From contig CAJVXN010000004.1 in assembly GCA_913009335.1 (NCBI GenBank), positions 2,349-66,348 of the forward strand: 64,000 nucleotides of DNA, given 5' to 3'. The position numbers and the translations under genes are program-made. The stretch is from an uncultured bacterium. GTDB lineage: Bacteria; Omnitrophota; Gorgyraeia; Ghiorseimicrobiales; Ghiorseimicrobiaceae. Positions 1 to 8,503 of the stretch are shown in pieces. Position 1 is the first letter of the stretch. The number at the start of each line of letters is the position of its first letter. The notes under the pieces are model-generated. The model had not been told where the DNA came from and made no database searches. It worked only from the letters and a program-made list of their open reading frames with translations.

Positions 1-615
1 AAATTATCAATAACTTCAACTAAGTCGGATTGAAAACCTTTATCCTTGCCATAAGCCCCTAAACATATACCACATAAAACTACTTCTTTAAACCCAGCTC
101 CAGCAAGACTTCTTGCTTCAGCAATAATCTTTGATAAGTCTCTACTGCGCGACCTTCCTCTAACATAAGGAACCTTACAATAACTACAGAAGTTATCGCA
201 ACCATCTTGAATTTTTAAAAATGCACGGGTGCGCTTACTGAAATTATCAATACCTTCAGGAAAAAACTTCTTAGGTATTATGATATCTACACCATTTATT
301 GCCGCAACAGAAGCTATATCTTTCTGAACCAAACATCCCGTAACTATAATTTTGGCACGGGGGTTTTCCCTATTTATGCTTTTAATAAGCTGGCGGCTTT
401 TACGGTCAGCAATAGAAGTAACAGTGCATGTATTAACCACGCAAACATCCGCAGGCATACCATTATAAAGCTCGGTAAAACCCTTTTGGATAAAGCGATG
501 CCTAATACTCTGAGTATCATATTGATTAACTTTACAACCTAAAGTATAAAATTTAATGGTTCGACTTCGCTCACCATTAATCCTGAGCTGAGTCGAAGGG
601 TTAACTGTTTTCATT
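1..615 (-). CDS. MiaB/RimO/MtaB-family tRNA methylthiotransferase, N-terminal portion. The gene continues past the window start, so the 3' end is cut off.
   Basis: Reverse-strand translation from the ATG at 613-615 reads MKTVNPSTQLRINGERSRTIKFYTLGCKVNQYDTQS...KIQDGCDNFCSYCKVPYVRGRSRSR. This has the UPF0004 N-domain and the radical SAM CxxxCxxC (CDNFCSYC) typical of methylthiotransferases. The frame is open to position 1. Confidence 0.7.
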
Positions 616-641
616 GCATTTTGTATAAATTAACAATTATT

Positions 642-1373
642 TTAGTGTCTGGCACCTAAAATAAATAAACCGCAAGTTATAATTGCAGCAGTATCAACTC
701 TAAGTATATTTTCCCCTAAAGATACCGGTGTACAACCATTTTTAATTGCTAAGTCTATTTCTTCCTGGGTAAAATCCCCTTCCGGCCCGATAAAAATTAA
801 TACACGCTTAAATTTAGTATCCACGATTAAATCCCTAATGTGTATCTTCTGAAGGGAAATATTTGGTATTATAGCCAAATCGCAATCTTCTACATGCTTA
901 ATCGCCTGTCTAAAAGTCAAAACATTGGAGATCCTCAATACATTCGTTCTCCCACATTGCTTTGCACTAGACTTGGCAATTTTGCGCCAGCGAAGCAGAC
1001 GTGACGCTTCCCTGCCTCTTAGATCCACTATAGTCCTTTGTGTCTTTAGTGGAATAAAATTGGTAACACCTAACTCTGTAGCCTTTTCAATAATGTATTC
1101 TATTTTTGCTTTCTTGGGAATAGCACAAGCAAGAATCACTTCTATCCCCGGGTTAGAAACTCTCGATTTAGCATGTTTTATTTTTATGGAAAGGGCCTGC
1201 GGAGTTATCTCGAATATTACCCCCTCATAATCAATATTATTATCACTAAATACACTGATTTTATCCCCTATTTTCAAACGTAAGACATTTTTTATATGGT
1301 GAATTTCGGACTTTTCCTTTATGAAAATCGAATCCTGTTTTATATTTTCCTGCTTGCAATAAAATCTTCTCAT
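642..1373 (-). CDS. rsmE: 16S rRNA (uracil1498-N3)-methyltransferase RsmE
   Basis: 243 aa. PUA-like N-terminus plus an SPOUT C-terminus with the FIGPEGDFTQEEI motif characteristic of the RsmE family. Confidence 0.75.
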   Translation of the reverse strand: MRRFYCKQENIKQDSIFIKEKSEIHHIKNVLRLKIGDKISVFSDNNIDYEGVIFEITPQALSIKIKHAKSRVSNPGIEVILACAIPKKAKIEYIIEKATELGVTNFIPLKTQRTIVDLRGREASRLLRWRKIAKSSAKQCGRTNVLRISNVLTFRQAIKHVEDCDLAIIPNISLQKIHIRDLIVDTKFKRVLIFIGPEGDFTQEEIDLAIKNGCTPVSLGENILRVDTAAIITCGLFILGARH

Positions 1374-2902
1374 CTTTTTATACTTTTCTCATTAAAGACT
1401 TCAGCCGTAAAGGTGTATAATTCAGTATCTTTATCCTTCCAGGCATCTGCCGATAACCCTGCTTTATGCGCACAAAGATTAGAAAGAAATTCCTCACGTG
1501 ACCATCCTGTCTCGTCTGCCACCTGCGGCAAAAACACCCCCGAGGCATACCCGCTCTTTACTATTACACCATGCTTGCCCATAACAATATTTTCTGGATT
1601 AACCTCACGTTGAGGTTTTGATAATACGGATATTTCAATTTCAATATCTTCTAATTCATCCAAAGTTACGGGCTTAAAACGCGGATCGTTAGCTGCCGAT
1701 GCTATGCTCATATCGCGCACTGTCCGGTATAAAGGAATACTCGCAATAATATTACCAATACAACCCCGAAGCTTCCCGGTTTTATGTAAAGTAACAAACG
1801 CTCCTTTCTCCTCCAAAAGATCTTTATCTTCTTCAGAAAAATTCTTTATTTCCCCGCTCTTTAAATACTCTTCAATAGTATGACGGGCAATCTCAAGCAA
1901 TCTTTTTCTTTGCATATTAGTAAGCATATCATCATTCCTTTCCTGCTTCTCAACTTCTATATCGTCATCAATCTTCTCTTCTTTACTCTTAAAAAACACA
2001 GCACTGACATACCCCACAACTCTTGTCTTATCTCCGGATATATCACCTGAATTTGCGTATTTCAATACATCCAGCCTATCGGCCCCTAATTTTTGACTGG
2101 CCATTATTACGCTGGCAACACTCGATATACCGCAAAGAATACCCCCTTCGGATAAATCGCCCTCTTTAAAAAGTAACTCCGCCGATATTTTTTTAAGTAA
2201 GCCTAAAGTATGTTTATCTTTCTTAACCGCCTCATCATAAGACAAATAATGCGACATATCAGAACTAGCAATCAATAAAAACTTATCTTTTTCTTTCAAT
2301 ACATTAAAAATAGCCTCGGCTAGTATTTTTGATGTCTCAAATTTTTGATCTCCAATAGCAATAGGCACAATTGAAACATTCGGAAGTACTTTCTTTAAAA
2401 AAGGTATTTGCATTTCCACAGAATTTTCATTAATAAAAGCTGGAGGATAAAATTTAATCTTTGGATGTTCTCTTATTAATTCCCGCACTAATTCTTTATT
2501 GACATTGAGCAACCCCAAAGGAGTATCAAATGCATCTGCATCATAGACGGATACACCGTCAAAATGTATTTTATGGCTAAAGCCTACAATTAAAACAGTA
2601 TCGATATCCAAATTTTGAATCTGCTTAAAACCATATGCAGCTATTGACCCGGAATAGACAAAACCTGCGTGAGGCTGAATAAAAGCAATGATATCACCCT
2701 CTATCTTTTGATTGGGAACAAAAGATAAAAATCTTTCCAGCATTTGGGATAATTTTTTGCTTGAAGAAGGATACCAACTACCCGATAAATCTGACTGTTT
2801 TATTTCTTTAGCGTATACTAAAGTTATTAATCCAGAATTAGAAATAGCTAAAAATAAAATAAAAAACAATAAAACTAACTTTTTAATTTTACTTACCTGC
2901 AT
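1370..2902 (-). CDS. Fusion protein: MEMO1-like (AmmeMemoRadiSam system protein B) N-terminal domain plus AMMECR1 (system protein A) C-terminal domain, preceded by a hydrophobic signal/anchor segment
   Basis: 510 aa. The N-terminus MQVSKIKKLVLLFFILFLAISNSGLITLVYA is hydrophobic. The Memo-like core carries LSGSWYP and IQPHAGFVYSGSIAAYGF. The C-terminus has the AMMECR1 hallmark GAFVTLHKTGKLRGCIGNI...DPRF. Confidence 0.7.
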   Translation of the reverse strand: MQVSKIKKLVLLFFILFLAISNSGLITLVYAKEIKQSDLSGSWYPSSSKKLSQMLERFLSFVPNQKIEGDIIAFIQPHAGFVYSGSIAAYGFKQIQNLDIDTVLIVGFSHKIHFDGVSVYDADAFDTPLGLLNVNKELVRELIREHPKIKFYPPAFINENSVEMQIPFLKKVLPNVSIVPIAIGDQKFETSKILAEAIFNVLKEKDKFLLIASSDMSHYLSYDEAVKKDKHTLGLLKKISAELLFKEGDLSEGGILCGISSVASVIMASQKLGADRLDVLKYANSGDISGDKTRVVGYVSAVFFKSKEEKIDDDIEVEKQERNDDMLTNMQRKRLLEIARHTIEEYLKSGEIKNFSEEDKDLLEEKGAFVTLHKTGKLRGCIGNIIASIPLYRTVRDMSIASAANDPRFKPVTLDELEDIEIEISVLSKPQREVNPENIVMGKHGVIVKSGYASGVFLPQVADETGWSREEFLSNLCAHKAGLSADAWKDKDTELYTFTAEVFNEKSIKR

Positions 2903-2974
2903 TTTGATTGCCGGAAATAACCGGATGTTCTTGGTTAAAATAACCTACCATAAATTGTTTTATATAATCTGCCT

Positions 2975-3030
2975 ATGGTGGAGCTAGGGGGATTCGAACC
3001 CGCCAACCCGTCGCTCGATACATCTCGCTC
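2975..3030 (-). pseudogene. tRNA 3'-half remnant. It duplicates the T-arm, acceptor 3' strand and CCA of the downstream tRNA-Ala and lacks D and anticodon arms.
   Basis: Positions 2975-3000 (tggtggagctagggggattcgaaccc) are identical to 3190-3215. The upstream part cannot form a D arm or anticodon arm. The T-stem has one C-C mismatch. Confidence 0.35.
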
Positions 3031-3189
3031 CCCATATGGGCTTTGCCCCTCTGGCATTCGGTCGAAATTCCGACCTCACTCTCACCCCTAAACCGTGGGA
3101 AAATTCTTTTCCCACACCCTTTTGGGGTCGGATGTTTTATGCGTTACCAAACAACCTTAGCCTTTCAATTCTACCCTACTCACCAAATT

Positions 3190-3265
3190 TGGTGGAGCTA
3201 GGGGGATTCGAACCCCCGACCCCCTCGTTGCGAACGAGGTGCGCTCCCAACTGCGCTACAGCCCC
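3190..3265 (-). tRNA. tRNA-Ala (anticodon CGC)
   Basis: The reverse complement folds as GGGGCTG / TA / GCGC-AGTTGGGA-GCGC / CCTCG-TTCGCAA-CGAGG / GGGTC / GGGGG-TTCGAAT-CCCCC / TAGCTCC-ACCA. It has the G3:U70 Ala identity pair, anticodon CGC and an encoded CCA. Confidence 0.8.
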
Positions 3266-3373
3266 ATTTATTATAACTGATTTATTTTTAATGGGTTAAA
3301 ACAACTGAGCCTTCCTCTGATTCAGCAATAACTAACTCAACAATCTAACTTATAACTATCTAATAATATAATT

Positions 3374-4318
3374 TTAATTTTGCAATACCGGAAAGCCCTT
3401 ATTAAATTTTCCTATTGGACTCACCCAATAAGTTTTATAGGGGTATCCTGTAGGCCTCCAAGAGCAATTATTCTTACAAAAGCAATCTCTACATTCTTTA
3501 AGCTTCGCTCGCTTATCTTCTCCGGCATCTGGCTCCCATATAAATATCTTCTTATGTAACTCCGGTAAAAGACATAATGGTGTCTTCTCAATATAAACAC
3601 TCATCTTTTTTTTCCTAGAGTATCTAACAGCGCTCTCCAGGCAGGGTTTAACTTTTTCTAAATCAGGTATTAATGCCTTGTTTTTTAAAAGATTACCAGA
3701 AATAGAAAGATTGGAGAATTTTATCATCCTCACCCCAATACTTCTTAATAAAACCACTATTTCCTTTAGATGTTTATAGTTTAATTTAGTTACGACTATG
3801 TTTACCCTGACAGCTATCTTGTTACGCACTATATTACGTAGTCCCATTATAGTCTGGTCAAAGCTACCTTCTGAGTTTGTTATGTAATCATGAATTTTTG
3901 CTGTGTTTCCATAAAGTGAAACCCTTATACTTTCTACGCCAAGTCTGGCTATTTTCTTTACATAGTCATCATAAAAAAACATTCTCCCATTCGTTGCTAT
4001 TGTTGCCGAAAAACCCCGCTCTCTAGTAAATTCAAGTGCTTTCATAAAAAATGGGTGAAGCGTCGGTTCCCCTCCAAAAAAATCAATAGTTGTGCCCTTT
4101 TTCTGTAATTTTATCTTATTCAACATTAAAGATAAAGGCATATGGCTGCTTTTTTTTATCTCCTGGGAAACCATGCATATCTTGCAATTATTATTACACG
4201 CTCCCATCAATCGTAATATATAGTACCTGTTTTTATAAGGCATTGCTGATAATATTATAGACACTAATACGTTAACTATTTTTGCCTGCTTATTAATACG
4301 GTAATGTCCAAGTACCAA
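3374..4318 (-). CDS. Radical SAM enzyme with a Cys-rich C-terminal region, adjacent to the pilin genes. An alternative start at the internal Met (about 4243) would avoid overlap with the pilin.
   Basis: CNNNCKIC (CxxxCxxC) and the GGEPTLHP motif. The C-terminal cysteines are CRDCFCKNNCSWRP. Same strand as the pilin gene and immediately downstream of it. Confidence 0.7.
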   Translation of the reverse strand: MVLGHYRINKQAKIVNVLVSIILSAMPYKNRYYILRLMGACNNNCKICMVSQEIKKSSHMPLSLMLNKIKLQKKGTTIDFFGGEPTLHPFFMKALEFTRERGFSATIATNGRMFFYDDYVKKIARLGVESIRVSLYGNTAKIHDYITNSEGSFDQTIMGLRNIVRNKIAVRVNIVVTKLNYKHLKEIVVLLRSIGVRMIKFSNLSISGNLLKNKALIPDLEKVKPCLESAVRYSRKKKMSVYIEKTPLCLLPELHKKIFIWEPDAGEDKRAKLKECRDCFCKNNCSWRPTGYPYKTYWVSPIGKFNKGFPVLQN

Positions 4319-4703
4319 AGGCTGTCATGCCATTTTCATCCATAATTAAATCTTCACCTGTGTATGCCCCATTCATCCTTGTCGCCGTGATTTCAAACGC
4401 ACTCTCATCATTAGCAGTAGTATCATAATCCCAATCAACATCAGCATCAACCCCGCCTAACTCAACATAACCACCAAGCCCAGCGGGGCTGGCAGCATCC
4501 CAACCACCCATACTTATATCGTGATATTCACTATTATCAGCCCGATACAAATGCTGCGCCCGGCGAATTAAAGTCATATTTGAGATTGCTTTACCTGCCT
4601 TTGCACGCTCAACACTGTTTAGATACTGCGGAATTGCAATACCTGCCAAAACACCAATAATGATAACTACCATAATTAGTTCAAGTAATGTAAAACCTCT
4701 CAT
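4293..4703 (-). CDS. Type IV pilin / GspG-like major pseudopilin
   Basis: Prepilin leader with the class III signal MRGFTLLELIMVVIIIGVLAGIAIPQY. About 60% identical to the paralog at 6617-7027. There are no cysteines, and both paralogs end with GTWTLPY. Confidence 0.8.
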   Translation of the reverse strand: MRGFTLLELIMVVIIIGVLAGIAIPQYLNSVERAKAGKAISNMTLIRRAQHLYRADNSEYHDISMGGWDAASPAGLGGYVELGGVDADVDWDYDTTANDESAFEITATRMNGAYTGEDLIMDENGMTAFGTWTLPY

Positions 4704-4867
4704 GGATTACATAATTTTCCACCTCCGGTTCGCGGTTTTTACTTATGAATTAATACTACATGCAATCTAAGCAAATTTACCATAATATAGGATAAATTAC
4801 AAGCAGGAAAAATCAATAATGGCGTCGATTAATAGATTTTCATTTATGGGGATATTAATGAAACTAT

Positions 4868-5509
4868 CTATCGTGCGGATTGGGAAATGGCATGTGCACT
4901 TGTAGTAAGGGTTAATTCAGGATTAGTAGGAGTTATGGAGTCCCCGGGAATAAAACGGGCAGTAATACTAACCTCTGCCCCGCGAGATAGGTCCGCGTCA
5001 AAAGCACTATTAATTGAAGCTAAAGTAAAAGCCTCCACTCTAGTTGAGATTATTTCATTAGCCGCGGTAGTAGCTGGAAAACCTCCCCCAGAACCATAAG
5101 GTAAATAATAAAGAATATTATTATTACCATCTAAACGATAAGCTATCCAATTATCATCCCCATAGTCATTAGCAGTGCCAATATTAGGAACACCGTTAGC
5201 ATCTATATCTAATCTAATGGCAATACGGCTATTGCCTGGTTCTATATCAAGCCCGGAATCACCTCTATCTCCCGTTGCCATATTTATACTTTTTTTTATC
5301 TGTAAAAGAATAGGGCTAATCTCATTTTGTAATTCTGCCTGGCGTTCAGCAACATTCATAAGCTTTCGGGAGGCAATATCAATATTCGCCGAAGTTAAAA
5401 ATATAAGACTTAATAGTGTTATAGCCACCATCAACTCTACAAGAGTAATACCAATTTTCCTACGCAACGAATAACCAATTATGGACATTATCTTCTTTAT
5501 TTTTACCAT
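4868..5509 (-). CDS. Minor pilin / pseudopilin
   Basis: N-terminal RRKIGITLVELMVAITLLSLIF is a prepilin-type cleavage/methylation motif with Glu at +5. Confidence 0.6.
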   Translation of the reverse strand: MVKIKKIMSIIGYSLRRKIGITLVELMVAITLLSLIFLTSANIDIASRKLMNVAERQAELQNEISPILLQIKKSINMATGDRGDSGLDIEPGNSRIAIRLDIDANGVPNIGTANDYGDDNWIAYRLDGNNNILYYLPYGSGGGFPATTAANEIISTRVEAFTLASINSAFDADLSRGAEVSITARFIPGDSITPTNPELTLTTSAHAISQSAR

Positions 5510-5549
5510 TGTATTGCCTGTCTAAATTAAAACTAAATTTATCCGTCTC

Positions 5550-6053
5550 TTAATTCGGCTCTGTCCATTGAACCTGCATAAATACCCGGCGCGCGGGAAA
5601 AGCAGCACCAGCAGCAGCCGGAACAGGATTACCCGGAGACGAATCATCTTCAACCCAATAACGATATGACTGAGCAATAGCACCAACCGACGGGCCCGCA
5701 ATCCACCCGCCAGGATTCCATGTTCCCCCTGTTGTTCCTAAATTAGCATTGTCGTTAGCTTCAGTCCAGGTATCCTCTCTAACAAATTCTCTTCGGCGTT
5801 CAATCTGATCCTGAGCAAGATTTACCGCGGCCAACCTCCTATTTGCCCTTTGTACAAATCGATTACTCGATATAAAAATGCTAAATAACCCCCCGATAGT
5901 AAGTGACATGATTACCGCAGCAATTACTACCTCGGTTAATGTAAACCCTTTTAGAGCGCTACACCTAAAGCTTGTAATATAAAATCGCCCTGCCTTAACA
6001 CGATACCTGCCAGAAACAAAATATTTAAACAACCATCTGTATTTTTTAGTCAT
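5550..6053 (-). CDS. Minor pilin / pseudopilin. The leader is long, so the true start is uncertain.
   Basis: KGFTLTEVVIAAVIMSLTIGGLF prepilin motif about 34 aa into the ORF. Confidence 0.55.
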   Translation of the reverse strand: MTKKYRWLFKYFVSGRYRVKAGRFYITSFRCSALKGFTLTEVVIAAVIMSLTIGGLFSIFISSNRFVQRANRRLAAVNLAQDQIERRREFVREDTWTEANDNANLGTTGGTWNPGGWIAGPSVGAIAQSYRYWVEDDSSPGNPVPAAAGAAFPARRVFMQVQWTEPN

Positions 6054-6099
6054 AATTTCTTATCGCCACATAGGTTATGAAGAATACCTCTTATGGGTA

Positions 6100-6498
6100 T
6101 TATGGACAGCTGGCATTGGGGGTTGGGTCAGCAATCGCATCGCTTACCGTATACACACAAGCATCAAACGCCCCTGCCTGCCTACCGGCGACAGCAGTAA
6201 AACTATTAGCCGCAGAAGCTGTAATATTATAATCCCAATTATTCTCTGAAAGGTTTAGACGCAGATTGGTATTAATATCAGCTACATTTCCCTCACCGCC
6301 CGCGCCTGGATAAAAATTACCAAATTCACTCTGATAAACCATCTGGGCAGCACGTAATAGCCTTAAACCCACAACAGCTTCCCTGGTATATGTACGCTCT
6401 TGCGACCTTAAATAACTAGGCATAGCAATACCTACTAATACACCAAGAATTATTACAACAATAACCATCTCAATTAAATGGAACCCGCGTGAATACAT
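6100..6498 (-). CDS. Type IV pilin-like protein
   Basis: MYSRGFHLIEMVIVVIILGVLVGIAMPSY prepilin motif. Confidence 0.65.
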   Translation of the reverse strand: MYSRGFHLIEMVIVVIILGVLVGIAMPSYLRSQERTYTREAVVGLRLLRAAQMVYQSEFGNFYPGAGGEGNVADINTNLRLNLSENNWDYNITASAANSFTAVAGRQAGAFDACVYTVSDAIADPTPNASCP

Positions 6499-6616
6499 GC
6501 TTTTAAACCCATCCCTTTTTTAGAATACCCCGCATAAATCCTTTTCGAATTACACGGGGTATTTTTAAAAACTATTTCATCTAACAATACTAACATAGAC
6601 GTCTCAACCATCTATT

Positions 6617-7027
6617 TTAATACGGAAGCGTCCAGGTACCAAGCCCTGTAATACCATCCTGATCAATAATTAAGTCATCGCCTCCATATGGACCAGCGGT
6701 TCTCGTCGCCGTAACCTCAAGTGTATCTTCATTATTATCAGTAGTATCATAATCCCAATCAAGATCATTATCAACCCCAGTTAACTCAACATACATCCCA
6801 AGCACAGCCTGCCAACCACTAGAGCTATCCGCAGCGCTATATTCATCGCTATCGGCGCGATAGAGATGCTGTGCTTGACGGATCAGCCCTAAATTTGAAA
6901 GGGCTTTTCCTGCTTTTGCACGCTCAACAGCATTTATATACTGAGGAATTGCCAAGCCGGCCAAAACGCCGATAATGATAACTACCATAATCAACTCAAG
7001 TAACGTAAAACCACCTTTTGTTTTCAT
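6617..7027 (-). CDS. Type IV pilin / GspG-like major pseudopilin, paralog of 4293-4703
   Basis: MKTKGGFTLLELIMVVIIIGVLAGLAIPQYINAVERAKAGKA... Cys-free, and the C-terminus GTWTLPY is shared with the paralog. The RBS AAAGGAGGGTGAA lies upstream. Confidence 0.8.
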   Translation of the reverse strand: MKTKGGFTLLELIMVVIIIGVLAGLAIPQYINAVERAKAGKALSNLGLIRQAQHLYRADSDEYSAADSSSGWQAVLGMYVELTGVDNDLDWDYDTTDNNEDTLEVTATRTAGPYGGDDLIIDQDGITGLGTWTLPY

Positions 7028-7178
7028 TTCACCCTCCTTTTAAACTCACCCACGTATATTTCAATTTTAAGAACTCTATTATACTCTCTTATTTTTGTAG
7101 GCCTATTATCGTTTTTTTGCGCCCATCACCCCCTCTCATTAAAGTGTAACACATTATTACTATAAGTCAACCGGCCTT

Positions 7179-8423
7179 TTAAAGCCCTCCTCCTGATGAT
7201 GCGGACGCAATCTTAAAAATCGGCAAGAATAGCGCGATAAGCATAACCCCAACTACACCCCCCATAAACACAAGCATTATAGGCTCGAAAATAGTGGTGA
7301 AACGATCAATAAAAGTTTCTAAATAGGTGGCGTAAAAATCTGCCACCCTTCTAAGCATTTTAGATAATTCACCTACCTCTTCACCAATCGAAACCATCTG
7401 AACCACCATCGGTTCAAAAAAGCCACTTTCATCCATCAAATCTGCCAGAGCCTTTCCCTCCCGTACATTTATTTTAATGCTTTTAACTACTTCCTCCAAT
7501 ACTACATTACCTACGCTGCGCTCTGTAATCTCTAGCGCATAAAGGATAGGTACGCCCCCTTCTATCAAAGTAGCCATTTCTGATGTAAATCGCTCAACAG
7601 CAAGAACTTTAAAGAAGTTTCCGAACACCGGAAGGCTTAATTTAAACTTATCAAAAATACGTCTACCGTGCGTAGTTTTAATAAACTGCTTAAAAATAAA
7701 AAAGATACCTCCAAAAATAAACAGAGATGGAACAAACAATTTCTTAACATTAGCACTAAACCCAATAAGAATTTGTGTTATAAGCGGCAATTCTATGTTA
7801 AATCCTGAAAATAAACCAGTAAATGTTGGTACGATCTTTAACACAAAGAAAAAAATTGCCCCTAAAGCAACAATAAACAAAATTGCCGGATACATGAGAC
7901 CAGATATAATCCTGCGCCTAAAATCCGCCTGCATCTCCAGATATTGCGCCAATCTATCTAAAACAAGAGCTAAATTTCCGCTAGCTTCCCCTGACTCGAT
8001 TAAATTAATCCATAAGTCTGAGAAAACCTTTGGATACTTGGCTAAAGCATCTTTTAAGGTTAACCCTGTTTCAACATCAGCTTTAGTATCTGCAACGATT
8101 TTGTACAACTTGGCAGAATCTACCTGTTTTAAAATTGCATCAAGGCTTTTATGAATAGTGATTCCTGAATCAAGAAGAATAGCTAACTGCCTGGCAAAAA
8201 AAACTAGATCGTAAAGTTTTATCTTGCTATGCCCAAATTTTCGCCGCCGCCGCTGCCTTACGCTAGTTTTTACAGCAACTCCTTTATCTACAGGGGTAAC
8301 CTTTGTAACAATGAGACCTTTATCTTGTAGGCGAGATACTAAATTATCTTCCGAAGGAACTTCCACAACTCCCGTTTCGCGTTTACCTTCTCTTGTTCTC
8401 GCAACATATTCAAATTTAGGCAT
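7179..8423 (-). CDS. pilC: Type IV pilus inner-membrane platform protein PilC (GspF family)
   Basis: Two T2SS-F repeats, three TM segments and the typical N-terminus MPKFEYVARTREGKRETG. The start is placed at the internal ATG (8421-8423), which is preceded by GGAAA. The ORF track extends to 8465. Confidence 0.85.
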   Translation of the reverse strand: MPKFEYVARTREGKRETGVVEVPSEDNLVSRLQDKGLIVTKVTPVDKGVAVKTSVRQRRRRKFGHSKIKLYDLVFFARQLAILLDSGITIHKSLDAILKQVDSAKLYKIVADTKADVETGLTLKDALAKYPKVFSDLWINLIESGEASGNLALVLDRLAQYLEMQADFRRRIISGLMYPAILFIVALGAIFFFVLKIVPTFTGLFSGFNIELPLITQILIGFSANVKKLFVPSLFIFGGIFFIFKQFIKTTHGRRIFDKFKLSLPVFGNFFKVLAVERFTSEMATLIEGGVPILYALEITERSVGNVVLEEVVKSIKINVREGKALADLMDESGFFEPMVVQMVSIGEEVGELSKMLRRVADFYATYLETFIDRFTTIFEPIMLVFMGGVVGVMLIALFLPIFKIASASSGGGL

Positions 8424-8503
8424 ATAACTATTTCCGTATCTATGTATAACTATTATTAATAACAAAAATAAAGAGTACAGCTAAAAATACATAAACGATA
8501 AAA

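Noticed and set aside
925-1613. Plus-strand ORFs from the six-frame track antisense to well-supported minus-strand genes. Examples are 925-1230 and 1296-1613. Similar cases occur at 7795-8154, 10472-11374, 13240-14094, 27445-28224, 37748-38455, 49213-49913, 50457-50921, 51233-52371, 61478-61961 and 62270-63028.
   Set aside because: They lie entirely within strongly supported genes on the opposite strand. They have low-complexity or odd composition and no recognisable motifs. They are typical shadow ORFs.
3270-3275. TATAAT box as the tRNA-Ala promoter -10
   Set aside because: It ends only about 4 nt before the mature tRNA 5' end. That is too close for a sigma70 -10 element, and AT-rich hexamers are frequent here.
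3036-3299. 87 aa plus-strand ORF spanning the tRNA locus
   Set aside because: It overlaps the tRNA-Ala and the tRNA fragment. It reads through structured RNA and has no RBS. Spurious.
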